Source of the DNA: a virus
Lineage: Duplodnaviria; Caudoviricetes
Length of the DNA stretch: 60,553 bases
Direction: 5' to 3' (one strand)
IMG/VR virus record: IMGVR_UViG_3300025097_001925
Location: 1 to 60,553 of that record
How positions within the stretch are numbered: the stretch's first letter is position 1; each line of letters opens with the position of its first letter. Shown here in pieces: positions 8,038 through 18,075 of this stretch. The position numbers and the translations under genes are program-made. The notes under the pieces were generated by a model, which worked only from the letters and a program-made list of their open reading frames with translations, did no database searches and was not told the origin of the DNA.

Positions 8038-9008
8038 TATACTATCTCCTTTGAAACTAAATTCATATCACATTCAACCATTTTACTAACTAAACCATCA
8101 AATGTAGTTCTTGGACTCCAACCGATTTCCTTTCTTGCTTTAGTACTATCTCCACGTAAAACATCCACTTCTGCTGGTCTCATATATCTATCATCTTGTT
8201 TTACATACTCTTTCCAATCAATTATACCAATATGTTGAAACGCTCTATCTAAAAAATCTCTAATACTGTGGGTTTCACCTGTAGCAATGACATAATCATT
8301 TGGTTCTTTTTGCTGTAGCATTAACCACATAGATTCCACATAATCAGGAGCATAACCCCAATCTCTTTTAGCATCTAAGTTTCCCAATGTAATATGTTCT
8401 TCTAATCCTAAGTGTATTCTTGCTACACCATCACTAATTTTTCTTGTTACAAATTCTATACCTCTTCTCTCTGATTCATGATTAAATAAAACACCACTCA
8501 CGTTGAACATACCGTAAGATTCTCTATAATTTTTTGTAATCCAATGACCATATAATTTAGATACTCCATATGGTGAACGTGGATAAAATGGTGTATTTTC
8601 ATTAGCTGGATTTTCTACCATTCTACCAAACATCTCAGAAGATGATGCTTGATAAAACTTAATAGGTTTATCATATTCTCTGAGAGCTTCTAACACCCTC
8701 AATACACCCAAACCTGTAACGTTGCCCGTCTGTTCGGGTGTATTCCAACTCTCTCCTACAAAAGACTGTGAACCAAGATTATATACTTCATGTGGGTCTA
8801 CTTGTCTTAAAGTCCGAAATAAAGAATTTTGGTCTGTCAAATCCCCTGTTAAAAATTCTATATCACCTTCCAAGTGTTTAGTATTTGTTCTATTTTTAAC
8901 AGAAGACCTACGTTCCATACCAAACACTTCATAATTATTTTTTAATAGAAAGTCAGCTAAATGACTTCCATCCATACCATTGATACCTGTAACTAAGGCT
9001 CTTTTCAT
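8037..9008 (-). CDS. gmd: GDP-mannose 4,6-dehydratase
   Basis: ALVTGINGMDGSHLA, YQASSSEMFG, PRSPYGVSK, FNHES, FVTRKI, RDWG. Confidence 0.95.
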   Translation of the reverse strand: MKRALVTGINGMDGSHLADFLLKNNYEVFGMERRSSVKNRTNTKHLEGDIEFLTGDLTDQNSLFRTLRQVDPHEVYNLGSQSFVGESWNTPEQTGNVTGLGVLRVLEALREYDKPIKFYQASSSEMFGRMVENPANENTPFYPRSPYGVSKLYGHWITKNYRESYGMFNVSGVLFNHESERRGIEFVTRKISDGVARIHLGLEEHITLGNLDAKRDWGYAPDYVESMWLMLQQKEPNDYVIATGETHSIRDFLDRAFQHIGIIDWKEYVKQDDRYMRPAEVDVLRGDSTKARKEIGWSPRTTFDGLVSKMVECDMNLVSKEIV

Positions 9009-10024
9009 CTTTCTCGTCCTATCATTTTTTCAAAATCCTTATAAGTATTAAACCTAGCTTGACTCTTTCCAAATGTACCTAAATTTGCGTGTACTAATTC
9101 CTTTATCTTGAAGAACCATTCTCCCTTCTTTTTTTGTTCACTCTTATCATCAGACAACATTTCTAATGCATACATTCTCTTTTTAGGATTATTTCTATTG
9201 TGTACCTTTAATATATTCTTCACGATAAACTGAATATAAGCTTCTCCCATAATTTGTTTACAACTGGACATTATACTCGTATCATCTACAAGATGACCAA
9301 AAATACAATGAGGTACATTTACTCCATTCTTTATTAAATCACACGACAACACCAATCCCGAACCATCAAACTGAGGTTGTTGAGTTATTCTCACATCTAT
9401 ATCTTTTGCCCTACTATTTATCTCATTCATTTCATCTATACTCATAGTATATCTTATACTCGACTGTTCTGTAAAAGCTTCTGGTTCAGATAACTCATAA
9501 AAACGGGCATCCTCAAAATCTACGTGTTCCAAAGGTTTCCAACTGTCATCCCACATCTTCCTAACAGCAAACGTAGTGACATATCTGTGAATATCTTGAG
9601 AATTGGCGTACTCTTTAATACTTTCTAATGTAGTAAACATCTCTTTAGGTAAAAGACAATCTGTTTCGCCCCAAATAACATAATCATGATTCTTACAACC
9701 ATTATAATTTAAATCCCGTCTATAGTCAACCATAGAAATAGGGTCAAAGTCATCATAAATAGTCGGATTAACAGCAGCTCCTGTTTCTTCTACCATTTTA
9801 ACCAACTCATTAAATTTATCTTTTAATTGAGGATGTGTAATTTGATTGGTGTTAACCCTTTCAAAGTATTCCGATAAATTAAAAAATAAATCTACTGTTA
9901 TATTTTCCTTATTTTCCACTTCATTAACAGCATTTACTATACTCTGTATATGTTCTTTAGCCATCTCTATCTCATAAAACATAATATGAGTACCAACTAT
10001 GTATCTATATTTTATTTTTACCAT
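9005..10024 (-). CDS. Putative GT-A fold glycosyltransferase
   Basis: DYVIWGETD resembles a DxD-type strand; island context. Confidence 0.45.
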   Translation of the reverse strand: MVKIKYRYIVGTHIMFYEIEMAKEHIQSIVNAVNEVENKENITVDLFFNLSEYFERVNTNQITHPQLKDKFNELVKMVEETGAAVNPTIYDDFDPISMVDYRRDLNYNGCKNHDYVIWGETDCLLPKEMFTTLESIKEYANSQDIHRYVTTFAVRKMWDDSWKPLEHVDFEDARFYELSEPEAFTEQSSIRYTMSIDEMNEINSRAKDIDVRITQQPQFDGSGLVLSCDLIKNGVNVPHCIFGHLVDDTSIMSSCKQIMGEAYIQFIVKNILKVHNRNNPKKRMYALEMLSDDKSEQKKKGEWFFKIKELVHANLGTFGKSQARFNTYKDFEKMIGRER

Positions 10025-11622
10025 AATCTTGATAATCCTATTCCGCTCTCCCCTGCTGTAGAATATAAAAGATACAATTTATCATCTTCTTCATATACAC
10101 AAGGGTCTCTTAATTGATTTACTTTTTCATACACCGAACCAAAATTAGATGGAACTTTTGTTAAATTATTTCCCTCGTAATCTCTCTCTGGTTTCATAAT
10201 CATCTGTACTGATATTGGTTCCCATTTACTATGGTCGTCCTGTAATTTAATTTTCGTTAAATATATTTTCTCTCGTACTTCATCCACTAAAGTATAAAAT
10301 AAATACAATACATCATTTTTTACATATACAGCTGAATGTCTAATCTTATTAATTAAATTAAAAATAGGTTCAAACTCTCCATCCCACGTATCAGATTTAT
10401 ATACAACAGCATTTTCATTATCATTTTTAGCTATTGAATAAAATTTATTGTTATACCTAAAAACTCTAAAATAAAACTTACCTTTTGGTTTATCAATACT
10501 ATTAAAATTTAATCCATCGTCTGAAAAACTAACAAATGTTTTCTGGCCGTCTTTAGTATCTCCATGATAATACATAACTATACGTTTATTTTCTTCATCA
10601 ATATGTACATCAGGACTTGCTATATGATTTCCACAGCTCGTATCACTTAATTGTAATGTACCTTTACTATATAAAGTCCAAGGCCCTTCTATATTATCAG
10701 AATAAGCCATTCTTATATAAATACCTTGATGATGTCCGAAATACAAATAATATTTTGCGATTGGATTTTTTACCCAACTCGGTACTTTTATTAACGAAGG
10801 TCCATTTATATTATCACCGTCCTTATCTATCTTAGTACCCAAAGAAAAATCACCACCTAAACTAAAATTAGTTTGAAACGTTTTTTTATTTATTATTTCT
10901 TTTATTCTTTGTACTTTAAGTTCTGGATTAAATTTATAATTAAAAATATCCAAATCAGCAGAAAAATATTCATTAACTAACTCTACTGATTTGTCATCAT
11001 AATATTCTGTGTAGTGTTTATGCCAAGTTGGTTTAAAACCTTTCTTTTTGTGTGGTAATTCTATCCTATCTATTCCAATTTTATCACAGATATATTTAAA
11101 ATCTTCTTTTATATTTTCAAACCGTGCAATATAATCTAAACCAATTTCCCCATACGTACTTCTAATTCTATGTAAAACACCTATGTGAGTATAACCAACT
11201 TGTATATCATTTACACAATAATGAGCTGGGCCCCACACAGCCTCTTCACTACAATATGTTTTCAACCATTCTCTAAAATCTTCAATACTTCCTTCTTCAT
11301 TTCTTTTATTCCAGTTATATCTTGAAACAACTATTTCCCAGGGATTTCTAACTATACTAAATTTAAAATATTTACTCCAAACATCCTTCCTATCCGAATT
11401 TCGCGGGTCTACTCCTGACAAATAATTTTTTACATCTATTAAAAGTGGGTGTGGGTGGTCTGTAAAAAATTTATCTACATTTTTTCCTGACGCCATATCA
11501 TCCACGTCTGGTGTAATAATATCATCTTCTCCACAAATAGGGGCTAAAGCAGACTGTATACTTGTACCACCAGTCTTTCTGGTTTTCATAAAAATGAATT
11601 TGTGTTTATGAGATACTATCAT
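10018..11622 (-). CDS. Sulfotransferase (Sulfotransfer_2-like) fused to a beta-propeller glycoside-hydrolase-like domain
   Basis: N-half KTRKTGGTS, VRNPW, RFENI, D...FNY; C-half GPS, YYLYF, GPW, HIASPDV, LRDP. Confidence 0.75.
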   Translation of the reverse strand: MIVSHKHKFIFMKTRKTGGTSIQSALAPICGEDDIITPDVDDMASGKNVDKFFTDHPHPLLIDVKNYLSGVDPRNSDRKDVWSKYFKFSIVRNPWEIVVSRYNWNKRNEEGSIEDFREWLKTYCSEEAVWGPAHYCVNDIQVGYTHIGVLHRIRSTYGEIGLDYIARFENIKEDFKYICDKIGIDRIELPHKKKGFKPTWHKHYTEYYDDKSVELVNEYFSADLDIFNYKFNPELKVQRIKEIINKKTFQTNFSLGGDFSLGTKIDKDGDNINGPSLIKVPSWVKNPIAKYYLYFGHHQGIYIRMAYSDNIEGPWTLYSKGTLQLSDTSCGNHIASPDVHIDEENKRIVMYYHGDTKDGQKTFVSFSDDGLNFNSIDKPKGKFYFRVFRYNNKFYSIAKNDNENAVVYKSDTWDGEFEPIFNLINKIRHSAVYVKNDVLYLFYTLVDEVREKIYLTKIKLQDDHSKWEPISVQMIMKPERDYEGNNLTKVPSNFGSVYEKVNQLRDPCVYEEDDKLYLLYSTAGESGIGLSRLW

Positions 11623-12362
11623 CCGTAAAAATATTTATATGTTTTTTCTAACCAATAACCTGGTGATGGTTTAACTCCACAATTAAAATGATATACCCAA
11701 CCATATCTTGTAAATAAAAAGTCATCACCTATAACTTCAAATCTCATCATATCTTGCATATTATATTCATAAGGTAATAAATTTATAGGTACTTCCAAAA
11801 CTTTTATAAAGAAATTAATAACTGGTTGATCCTTTCCAACAGAATAATTTTGTTGAATCATATTTAGAGATTGTTGATTATGGTCGTACCACTCTATCAT
11901 ACTATCAAACAAATCCTTATGTTCCTGTTGAAACATCATAAAACCCGTATTAAAGTAAGTCCAATAATCACCGAAATCGAATCCATCAAACACTACTTTA
12001 GAATATACTTCTATACTCCTCATAACCCAATCCATACTACCATAACAGGGAACAGCACAAAACTTTTTAGCTTCTATCATATTAAAAAAGTTGGGAGCAT
12101 CGGGATGTACAATTGTATCAGAATCCACATATAAAATTTGGTTTGGTTCTAAACCACTATTTTTTAAAAGTTCAAATACAAATATTTTATACCATTGTGG
12201 TTGCATAATATTTAAATCTGTCGTCGGTTCTTCGTGTACAAATAATTCTACACTATTCCTGTCACACCACTTAGCCCAACTCTTAATAGACCACTCATAT
12301 TTTTGAGACCTACTTCTTTCATCATGAGTTACATTAATCATATAAACTACTTTATCACTCAT
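11619..12362 (-). CDS. GT8/GT34-like glycosyltransferase
   Basis: YVDSDT, FNTG, DQP, YN.Q motifs. Confidence 0.7.
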   Translation of the reverse strand: MSDKVVYMINVTHDERSRSQKYEWSIKSWAKWCDRNSVELFVHEEPTTDLNIMQPQWYKIFVFELLKNSGLEPNQILYVDSDTIVHPDAPNFFNMIEAKKFCAVPCYGSMDWVMRSIEVYSKVVFDGFDFGDYWTYFNTGFMMFQQEHKDLFDSMIEWYDHNQQSLNMIQQNYSVGKDQPVINFFIKVLEVPINLLPYEYNMQDMMRFEVIGDDFLFTRYGWVYHFNCGVKPSPGYWLEKTYKYFYG

Positions 12363-13174
12363 TTGTAATTTTCCTTTACCATATTCCACGTCTGTTCCAT
12401 TAATTGATATCTATCTCCTCTGTTTGGAAACCCACTATAAAACCATACATAACCATACCTAATAAAATGTGGAGTGTTATCATCCAACTGCCAATTTCTT
12501 CCAAACCAATCAAACCTCATCATATGTGTCATCATATAAGGTGGTGATAATTTTTTATCCACCTGTACGTTTTTCATCTGTAACATATAATTGTAAACAG
12601 GTTGGTCTGTACCTCTTTTTACTTTATTATTCTGTAAATCCATTATACCATCATAATTTTCATAGTAAAACTCTTTTAATTCCTTTAAAAATTCTCTGTG
12701 AGATTCTTCAAATATTTGAAATCCACAACTTATATACTTTTTTAAATCAAATTCAAACCCATTAAAAAAATTATTATAACCATCGACCCCTTCAGCTATC
12801 CATCTCAGATTTTCTAATGAACGGAAGGCTGTTACTTGAGCGTAAGTAAAATTGAAAAAATTTGGTGTATCCCATTTAACCATAGCACAGGAATCCATAA
12901 CACATATTTTATCATAATTAATTCCAGCTTCTTCTAACTGGTCAAATACATCAAACCATCGTTGCCAAGTAATCTTATGTTTATTAGTATCACTTTCACC
13001 TGGAGTTTCATATGGAAAAAATATAACATCATTCTTTTTACACCACCATTCCCAAGTATATCTTGAAAACTTAAAATATTCAAAACCACCATGTTTTTCT
13101 TGAAGTAATGGGTCTTTACTATTTACAGCTATCCAAAATAACACATTCTTTTTATCTTCACGATGTATTTTCAT
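12359..13174 (-). CDS. GT8/GT34-like glycosyltransferase, paralog of the neighbour
   Basis: W..WC..N, MDSC, PNFF, DQP, RYG.V shared with 11619-12362. Confidence 0.65.
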   Translation of the reverse strand: MKIHREDKKNVLFWIAVNSKDPLLQEKHGGFEYFKFSRYTWEWWCKKNDVIFFPYETPGESDTNKHKITWQRWFDVFDQLEEAGINYDKICVMDSCAMVKWDTPNFFNFTYAQVTAFRSLENLRWIAEGVDGYNNFFNGFEFDLKKYISCGFQIFEESHREFLKELKEFYYENYDGIMDLQNNKVKRGTDQPVYNYMLQMKNVQVDKKLSPPYMMTHMMRFDWFGRNWQLDDNTPHFIRYGYVWFYSGFPNRGDRYQLMEQTWNMVKENYK

Positions 13175-13453
13175 ACTATCTCCTCTATAAAAATTTCACT
13201 ATCGTGGTTTATACAATGACCATCTTTTAATGAAAACGTCCAAGTATGCATAGGACATATCAAATTACCATCTACCACAGTACCTTTTGACAAATCACCA
13301 AGAGCATGTGGGCAATATTTCTGTACTATCAGGAAACTGAAACCAATTATATAAAAAAGCTCCTGATTTTGAAAACCAAGGGACTATAACTATACTAACT
13401 TTTGGAGTTTCAATATAAATACTTGCATGTCCTAAAAACTTTATTTTATTCAT
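13171..13453 (-). pseudogene. Internally deleted metallo-beta-lactamase-fold/Rieske 2Fe-2S protein
   Basis: Frame 1 MNKIKFLGHASIYIETPKVSIVIVPWFSKSGAFLYNWFQFPD; frame 2 VQKYCPHALGDLSKGTVVDGNLICPMHTWTFSLKDGHC...EIV*; junction near 13325. Confidence 0.8.
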
Positions 13454-13455
13454 CC

Positions 13456-14226
13456 TTAATCACCACCTAAATAATTCGATGCTGCAGTTATCCATTGATG
13501 ATATAAACTCTTATCTCTTGTAGCTCCTCTAGCATAATGATAATAAAATGGTTTACCATTCACAAAACATTGTTCTCCATTACCAATATTTAACAAGTGT
13601 AATTTTCTTAAATCTCTATTGTTAAATGAATTTTCAAAATAAGTAAATGATAATTTCTGTCTGTGACAAAAGTAAGTTAAATTGCCTGAACCATCTTGGT
13701 AGTCTGTATTGGGATATAAATTATACAATTCTAATGTTTTTCTTTTAATTAGTAATATTTGGTCTTTAACTGTACCCAATGCTGGTTCCCACCGCTCGCC
13801 TATAAAAGTATAGTCTTCTAACATTGGTAATACATCGTCTACCCACTCATTTAAAAATATAGCGTCGTAATCCAACAAACAAACAAATTCTCGGTTACCA
13901 CTTCTAATACCTTTTCGTTGTGATTCCGTCTTTGTTTTACTTGCTATAGAAATCATCCTACCACCAATTTTACATTCAACACTATTAGTATCTTCTGGTT
14001 TTATTTCCTGTTCCTGTTCTACACCCTTCAGTACTACAACCTTATCGTCATCATCAAATAACGCTTTTAATTCATCATAGTTATTATCTTCACCTTCATT
14101 AATACCATTATTCATAATATAGATGGTATAGGGGTCTTTAGTATACTTATGAATACTTCTAACCAAAAGATAAACGTATTCACTTCTATAAAAATTTACA
14201 ACTACGAAATCTATACCTTTATCCAT
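13456..14226 (-). CDS. GT2-like glycosyltransferase (paralog 1 of 3)
   Basis: GIDFVVV, CLLDYDAIFL. Confidence 0.75.
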   Translation of the reverse strand: MDKGIDFVVVNFYRSEYVYLLVRSIHKYTKDPYTIYIMNNGINEGEDNNYDELKALFDDDDKVVVLKGVEQEQEIKPEDTNSVECKIGGRMISIASKTKTESQRKGIRSGNREFVCLLDYDAIFLNEWVDDVLPMLEDYTFIGERWEPALGTVKDQILLIKRKTLELYNLYPNTDYQDGSGNLTYFCHRQKLSFTYFENSFNNRDLRKLHLLNIGNGEQCFVNGKPFYYHYARGATRDKSLYHQWITAASNYLGGD

Positions 14227-15142
14227 TTAAATACTTCTCTACTTCTGTTTCCCATTTTTCAAAACTTTTTTTATCTCTCATAGTACCTTTAGCGTGATGA
14301 AAGTGAATAGGTACGTCCTCCAACCAAGCTTGTTCACCCCAAGGCACATCTATTAAATGTTTTTCCTTAAGATGTGGTCGTCTAAGTAATTGATCATTAA
14401 ACTTTAAATCTCTTGTTACTACCTGTTGCCACTCATAGTGGTCTTGATAAGAATTCACCAAAACATAAATATTTTTTTTATTTTCCTGAACAAATAAAGT
14501 TAAATTACCTGCGGTATCCCTATACTCTGTATTTGGATATAGATTATTATCTTCAAAATTTTCTCTCTTAGTAAATAAAAACGGAAGTCTACATACTCCA
14601 CCCATTGGATCTGTATACCAATCTCCCTCATCCGTTTTAATTTCAAAAAGATTACCTGGGTCATACCTATTAGATATAAAAAAGTATTTCTCATCATATT
14701 CTTTTTCAAGTATGATAGGAAACCATTCATTTAAAAATATACTATCATTATCTAAAATACAGACATATTTTCCATCACCACTTTTTATTCCCAATTCCAT
14801 ACCCTTTGCATGACAATAACATCCGTAAGACATTGGGGCGTTATCTAATTTAGAATAAATACGACGACCTGTATTTTCATAACCACCTGCTGCTGATGGT
14901 TCTAGACTATATTCTTCAGAATATCCTTTAACTAAATTTATATTTTTATAGTGGTCTAAAGTATCCTTTAAAATATCTCTTTCTTTTTCCCAATCCTTTT
15001 GGTAGTTGGCTACTATATAAACATTGTAATCAACATCTTTTACATACTTTTCTATACTACGTACACACCATTCTGTATACTTAGCTCCTCTTTCCCCTAC
15101 AGTTACTATTACAAAATCAATACCGTATTTATACCTATCCAT
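14219..15142 (-). CDS. GT2-like glycosyltransferase (paralog 2 of 3)
   Basis: GIDFVIV, CILDNDSIFL. Confidence 0.75.
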   Translation of the reverse strand: MDRYKYGIDFVIVTVGERGAKYTEWCVRSIEKYVKDVDYNVYIVANYQKDWEKERDILKDTLDHYKNINLVKGYSEEYSLEPSAAGGYENTGRRIYSKLDNAPMSYGCYCHAKGMELGIKSGDGKYVCILDNDSIFLNEWFPIILEKEYDEKYFFISNRYDPGNLFEIKTDEGDWYTDPMGGVCRLPFLFTKRENFEDNNLYPNTEYRDTAGNLTLFVQENKKNIYVLVNSYQDHYEWQQVVTRDLKFNDQLLRRPHLKEKHLIDVPWGEQAWLEDVPIHFHHAKGTMRDKKSFEKWETEVEKYLNG

Positions 15143-16619
15143 AACTCACCACCATATCTTTTCTATTATCTTTAAATTCGGATAAATTAACTTCTTGCCA
15201 AGCTCTTTGTCTTAAATCCTCTAATTCTTCTGGTGGTACTTCTGTATTTTTCATAGTCGCTTTAGTCCATTGCATTTTATCGGGGTTATAATTTTTTGGT
15301 AACCAACCCCTTTCTATACATTCATCAAACATTGGTGTACCTGGTAGTGGCATTGTTAAAAAGAAATTACTTGCATCTAACCCCCACTCCATACATTCCT
15401 TAGCAAACTTAATTGTTTTCAATATCTCACTCCTCGTTTCATCAGGATAGCCTATCATATAATTACCAACAACTCTAAGTCCGTACTTTTTACAACTTTC
15501 TATCAAACCCCTCACATTAGAATTATTAACATCCCATTTATTTGAAGCCCATTTCCTAATTATTCTATCATTAGCCGACTCAAAAGCTAATACAATATCT
15601 GTAAATCCAGTTTCTTTTAATAGTTCAATGACCTCTTCATCTGGTTCACCTTTCTTCAACAAATGAACTACGTTTACTCCATTAACGTCTAATATTTCTA
15701 AATCCATATCCATGACTTTGTTAAGTAATCTTATAGCCCGTCTTTTTTTACCAAATATAGAATCATCTTCTACAAATACCTGTTTTACACCCATCTCATC
15801 TTTTAATATTTTCAATTCCTCTATAACTCTATCATCTGACTTTATTCTAAATCTACCTATTTCTCCTGATATAGAACCTTTTACTTCATCTGCTATATGA
15901 CAATAACTACAATTAAACGGACAGCCAAGAGAAGTCATCATAGAAGCATACTTCAATTCTGTTCCCTCTTTAAAATGTCCACCGTGTGGTCTACCGACTT
16001 CCCAATATCTTTCATTTGGTAATAAATCCCAAGCTGGTAATGGTAGTTCATCCAAATCCCAAATTATATCTCCTATAGTATGTGTCTTGTGAATCCTGTC
16101 GTCTTCCATAAAAGCTACAAATGGTATATTACTATAATCCTTTGACCCCTTTTCAACTTTTCTAACAATATCTACTATTGTATGTTCCGCTTCTGATGTA
16201 CAAATAATATCTACACCTGCTTCTAAAAACTTTCTCATTCGTGCTCGAGCATTTACACCACCAGTCATGACAAACTTTTCAGGAAAGTATTTTTTTATTA
16301 GTTTTATTGTCTTCAACACTATGGTTTCTTGGTGTGAAAAGATAGATGTTATACCTATTATATCGTATTTATCTACCACTTCCATAATTCTATCGTCACT
16401 AACTCCAGTTCTTAACATTCCACTCGACAGTGGTGTTGATTTATAAAAAATATCATTTAAATTATCTTCATCATTTCCAACACAAGCATCATAAACATCA
16501 ACTTCAATATCATTTTCTCGTAATGCACCACCCAACATCGGGTAAGCTAATGAACCATTAGGTTTACACAAAGTTTCTGGCCAATTTTGTTCTGGTGGAT
16601 ATAACAATAGAACACTCAT
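15135..16619 (-). CDS. Cobalamin-binding radical SAM protein (class B methylase-like)
   Basis: N-terminal B12-binding fold (GITS, GG..A, EAE), GCPFNCSYC, ESAN, GYPDET, PLPGTP. Confidence 0.9.
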   Translation of the reverse strand: MSVLLLYPPEQNWPETLCKPNGSLAYPMLGGALRENDIEVDVYDACVGNDEDNLNDIFYKSTPLSSGMLRTGVSDDRIMEVVDKYDIIGITSIFSHQETIVLKTIKLIKKYFPEKFVMTGGVNARARMRKFLEAGVDIICTSEAEHTIVDIVRKVEKGSKDYSNIPFVAFMEDDRIHKTHTIGDIIWDLDELPLPAWDLLPNERYWEVGRPHGGHFKEGTELKYASMMTSLGCPFNCSYCHIADEVKGSISGEIGRFRIKSDDRVIEELKILKDEMGVKQVFVEDDSIFGKKRRAIRLLNKVMDMDLEILDVNGVNVVHLLKKGEPDEEVIELLKETGFTDIVLAFESANDRIIRKWASNKWDVNNSNVRGLIESCKKYGLRVVGNYMIGYPDETRSEILKTIKFAKECMEWGLDASNFFLTMPLPGTPMFDECIERGWLPKNYNPDKMQWTKATMKNTEVPPEELEDLRQRAWQEVNLSEFKDNRKDMVVSYG

Positions 16620-16621
16620 AT

Positions 16622-17314
16622 TTACTTTTGCAGTAGTTTATTCATCTTATCTATGCTCATTGTTACATTATTAGGTATACTACCCTCTCTTCTTATATAA
16701 CACCATTCAACATCAAATTTTGTTTGTTTAGCTAAATCAGACATTGTTTTAACTTCCGTTCCAACATTATATATTCCATTAGCATTATTTTCTATAAGTT
16801 TAATATATAACCTACTCATTACTGAAACATAATCAAAATTACCTTTTTGATTTGCCCAAGCGTTACCATATGTAAACGGTTCTTTCTTATGTGTTCCTCT
16901 TAATAATAAAAAGTTTTTAGACTTTAATTGGATATGACTATCAGCTAATAACTTTGTATATCCATACCAATTTCTACAATGGACTGGGACATCTTCTTCT
17001 GAAGCATTTTCTTTACTGTGTGTATAAAGATAATCACTTGATATATGAATTAATTTTTTGTTATGAAAATTACATAGATGTACTAAATCGGCAACACCAG
17101 CATAATTAACGTTCCAGTGTCTATCTTTTTCTTCACTATATGTATCTGTATACGCTATACAATTTATTATTTCATTATATGATTCTAAATGATGTTCATA
17201 AGTAGAATAATCTGTAAAATCAATACCATCTTTTTTTCTACTAATATAATCCCAGTCAGTTTGTCTAACTAATTCAGAACCGAGTAGTCCATCCCCTAAA
17301 ATTAAATTTTTCAT
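16622..17314 (-). CDS. rmlD: dTDP-4-dehydrorhamnose reductase-like
   Basis: ILGDGLLG, CIAYT, HISSDY, YGYTK. Confidence 0.75.
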   Translation of the reverse strand: MKNLILGDGLLGSELVRQTDWDYISRKKDGIDFTDYSTYEHHLESYNEIINCIAYTDTYSEEKDRHWNVNYAGVADLVHLCNFHNKKLIHISSDYLYTHSKENASEEDVPVHCRNWYGYTKLLADSHIQLKSKNFLLLRGTHKKEPFTYGNAWANQKGNFDYVSVMSRLYIKLIENNANGIYNVGTEVKTMSDLAKQTKFDVEWCYIRREGSIPNNVTMSIDKMNKLLQK

Positions 17315-17407
17315 TTACATTTTGTCAAAATATTCGCCAATTACCATTTTAGTACCGGCGTGAACACTTTATGGATATTCGGTTGTATTGTATTCAAACA
17401 ATTTCAT
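17315..17407 (-). pseudogene. 31-codon gene scar
   Basis: MKLFEYNTTEYP*SVHAGTKMVIGEYFDKM*; start overlaps the upstream stop (ATGA), stop abuts the next ATG. Confidence 0.55.
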
Positions 17408-18075
17408 CGTGTTGACTGACCCTTTTCATCCTTCTGTGTTTTAAAAGCATCTATAAGTTCCTCTTGACTAATATACCGAACATCTTCCTTTTTTTTCCAA
17501 TCCTTTTCCCACAAAGTATCCTTATCCAAAGCTTCTGGATTTCTTTTTCTTCCCTCTAAATTTAATGATACCTGTGTTCCACAGGTCTCTGCTTGAGAGA
17601 AGTCCCAAAAATCACTATGAATAGTTCTCTGATAAAGCCAAGGGTGTACAGCTGTTAATCCAGAAATTTCCATAAGATATTTCAATGACCTTTCATCAAA
17701 AATACAATAATGAAATTCATACTTATATGTTTGACCACCAATAATAGGTCCAATTATATTCTCAATTAAACCCGTGTCTTGATATATCTTTATAGCGTTC
17801 TCAAAAGATGGAACTGATATTCTTACCATACCCTCTATCTTAGTAACTCGTACCCATTCACTCAAAACATCCTTAACTTCATTTCTTGGATAGTGTTCTA
17901 ATACGTGAGAAGCATACACCATATCAAAAGTTTCATCTTTAAACTTAGATAAATCGCTCGTATCAGTAACATGGTCAACTCCTTCTCTTTCTGTTATATC
18001 TAAATTTTCAAATGGTTTTGGTAGTATATTCTCACCACAACCAACGTGAAGATATCTAACATTATGTTTTTTCAA
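17404..18075 (-). CDS. Class I SAM-dependent methyltransferase
   Basis: LHVGCG, YASHVLEH, ISVP. Confidence 0.85.
   Translation of the reverse strand: MKKHNVRYLHVGCGENILPKPFENLDITEREGVDHVTDTSDLSKFKDETFDMVYASHVLEHYPRNEVKDVLSEWVRVTKIEGMVRISVPSFENAIKIYQDTGLIENIIGPIIGGQTYKYEFHYCIFDERSLKYLMEISGLTAVHPWLYQRTIHSDFWDFSQAETCGTQVSLNLEGRKRNPEALDKDTLWEKDWKKKEDVRYISQEELIDAFKTQKDEKGQSTR

Noticed and set aside
13171-13453. Programmed frameshift producing an MBL-Rieske mini-protein
   Set aside because: No clear slippery site at the junction, and the MBL part stops before its metal-binding motif, so deletion fits better
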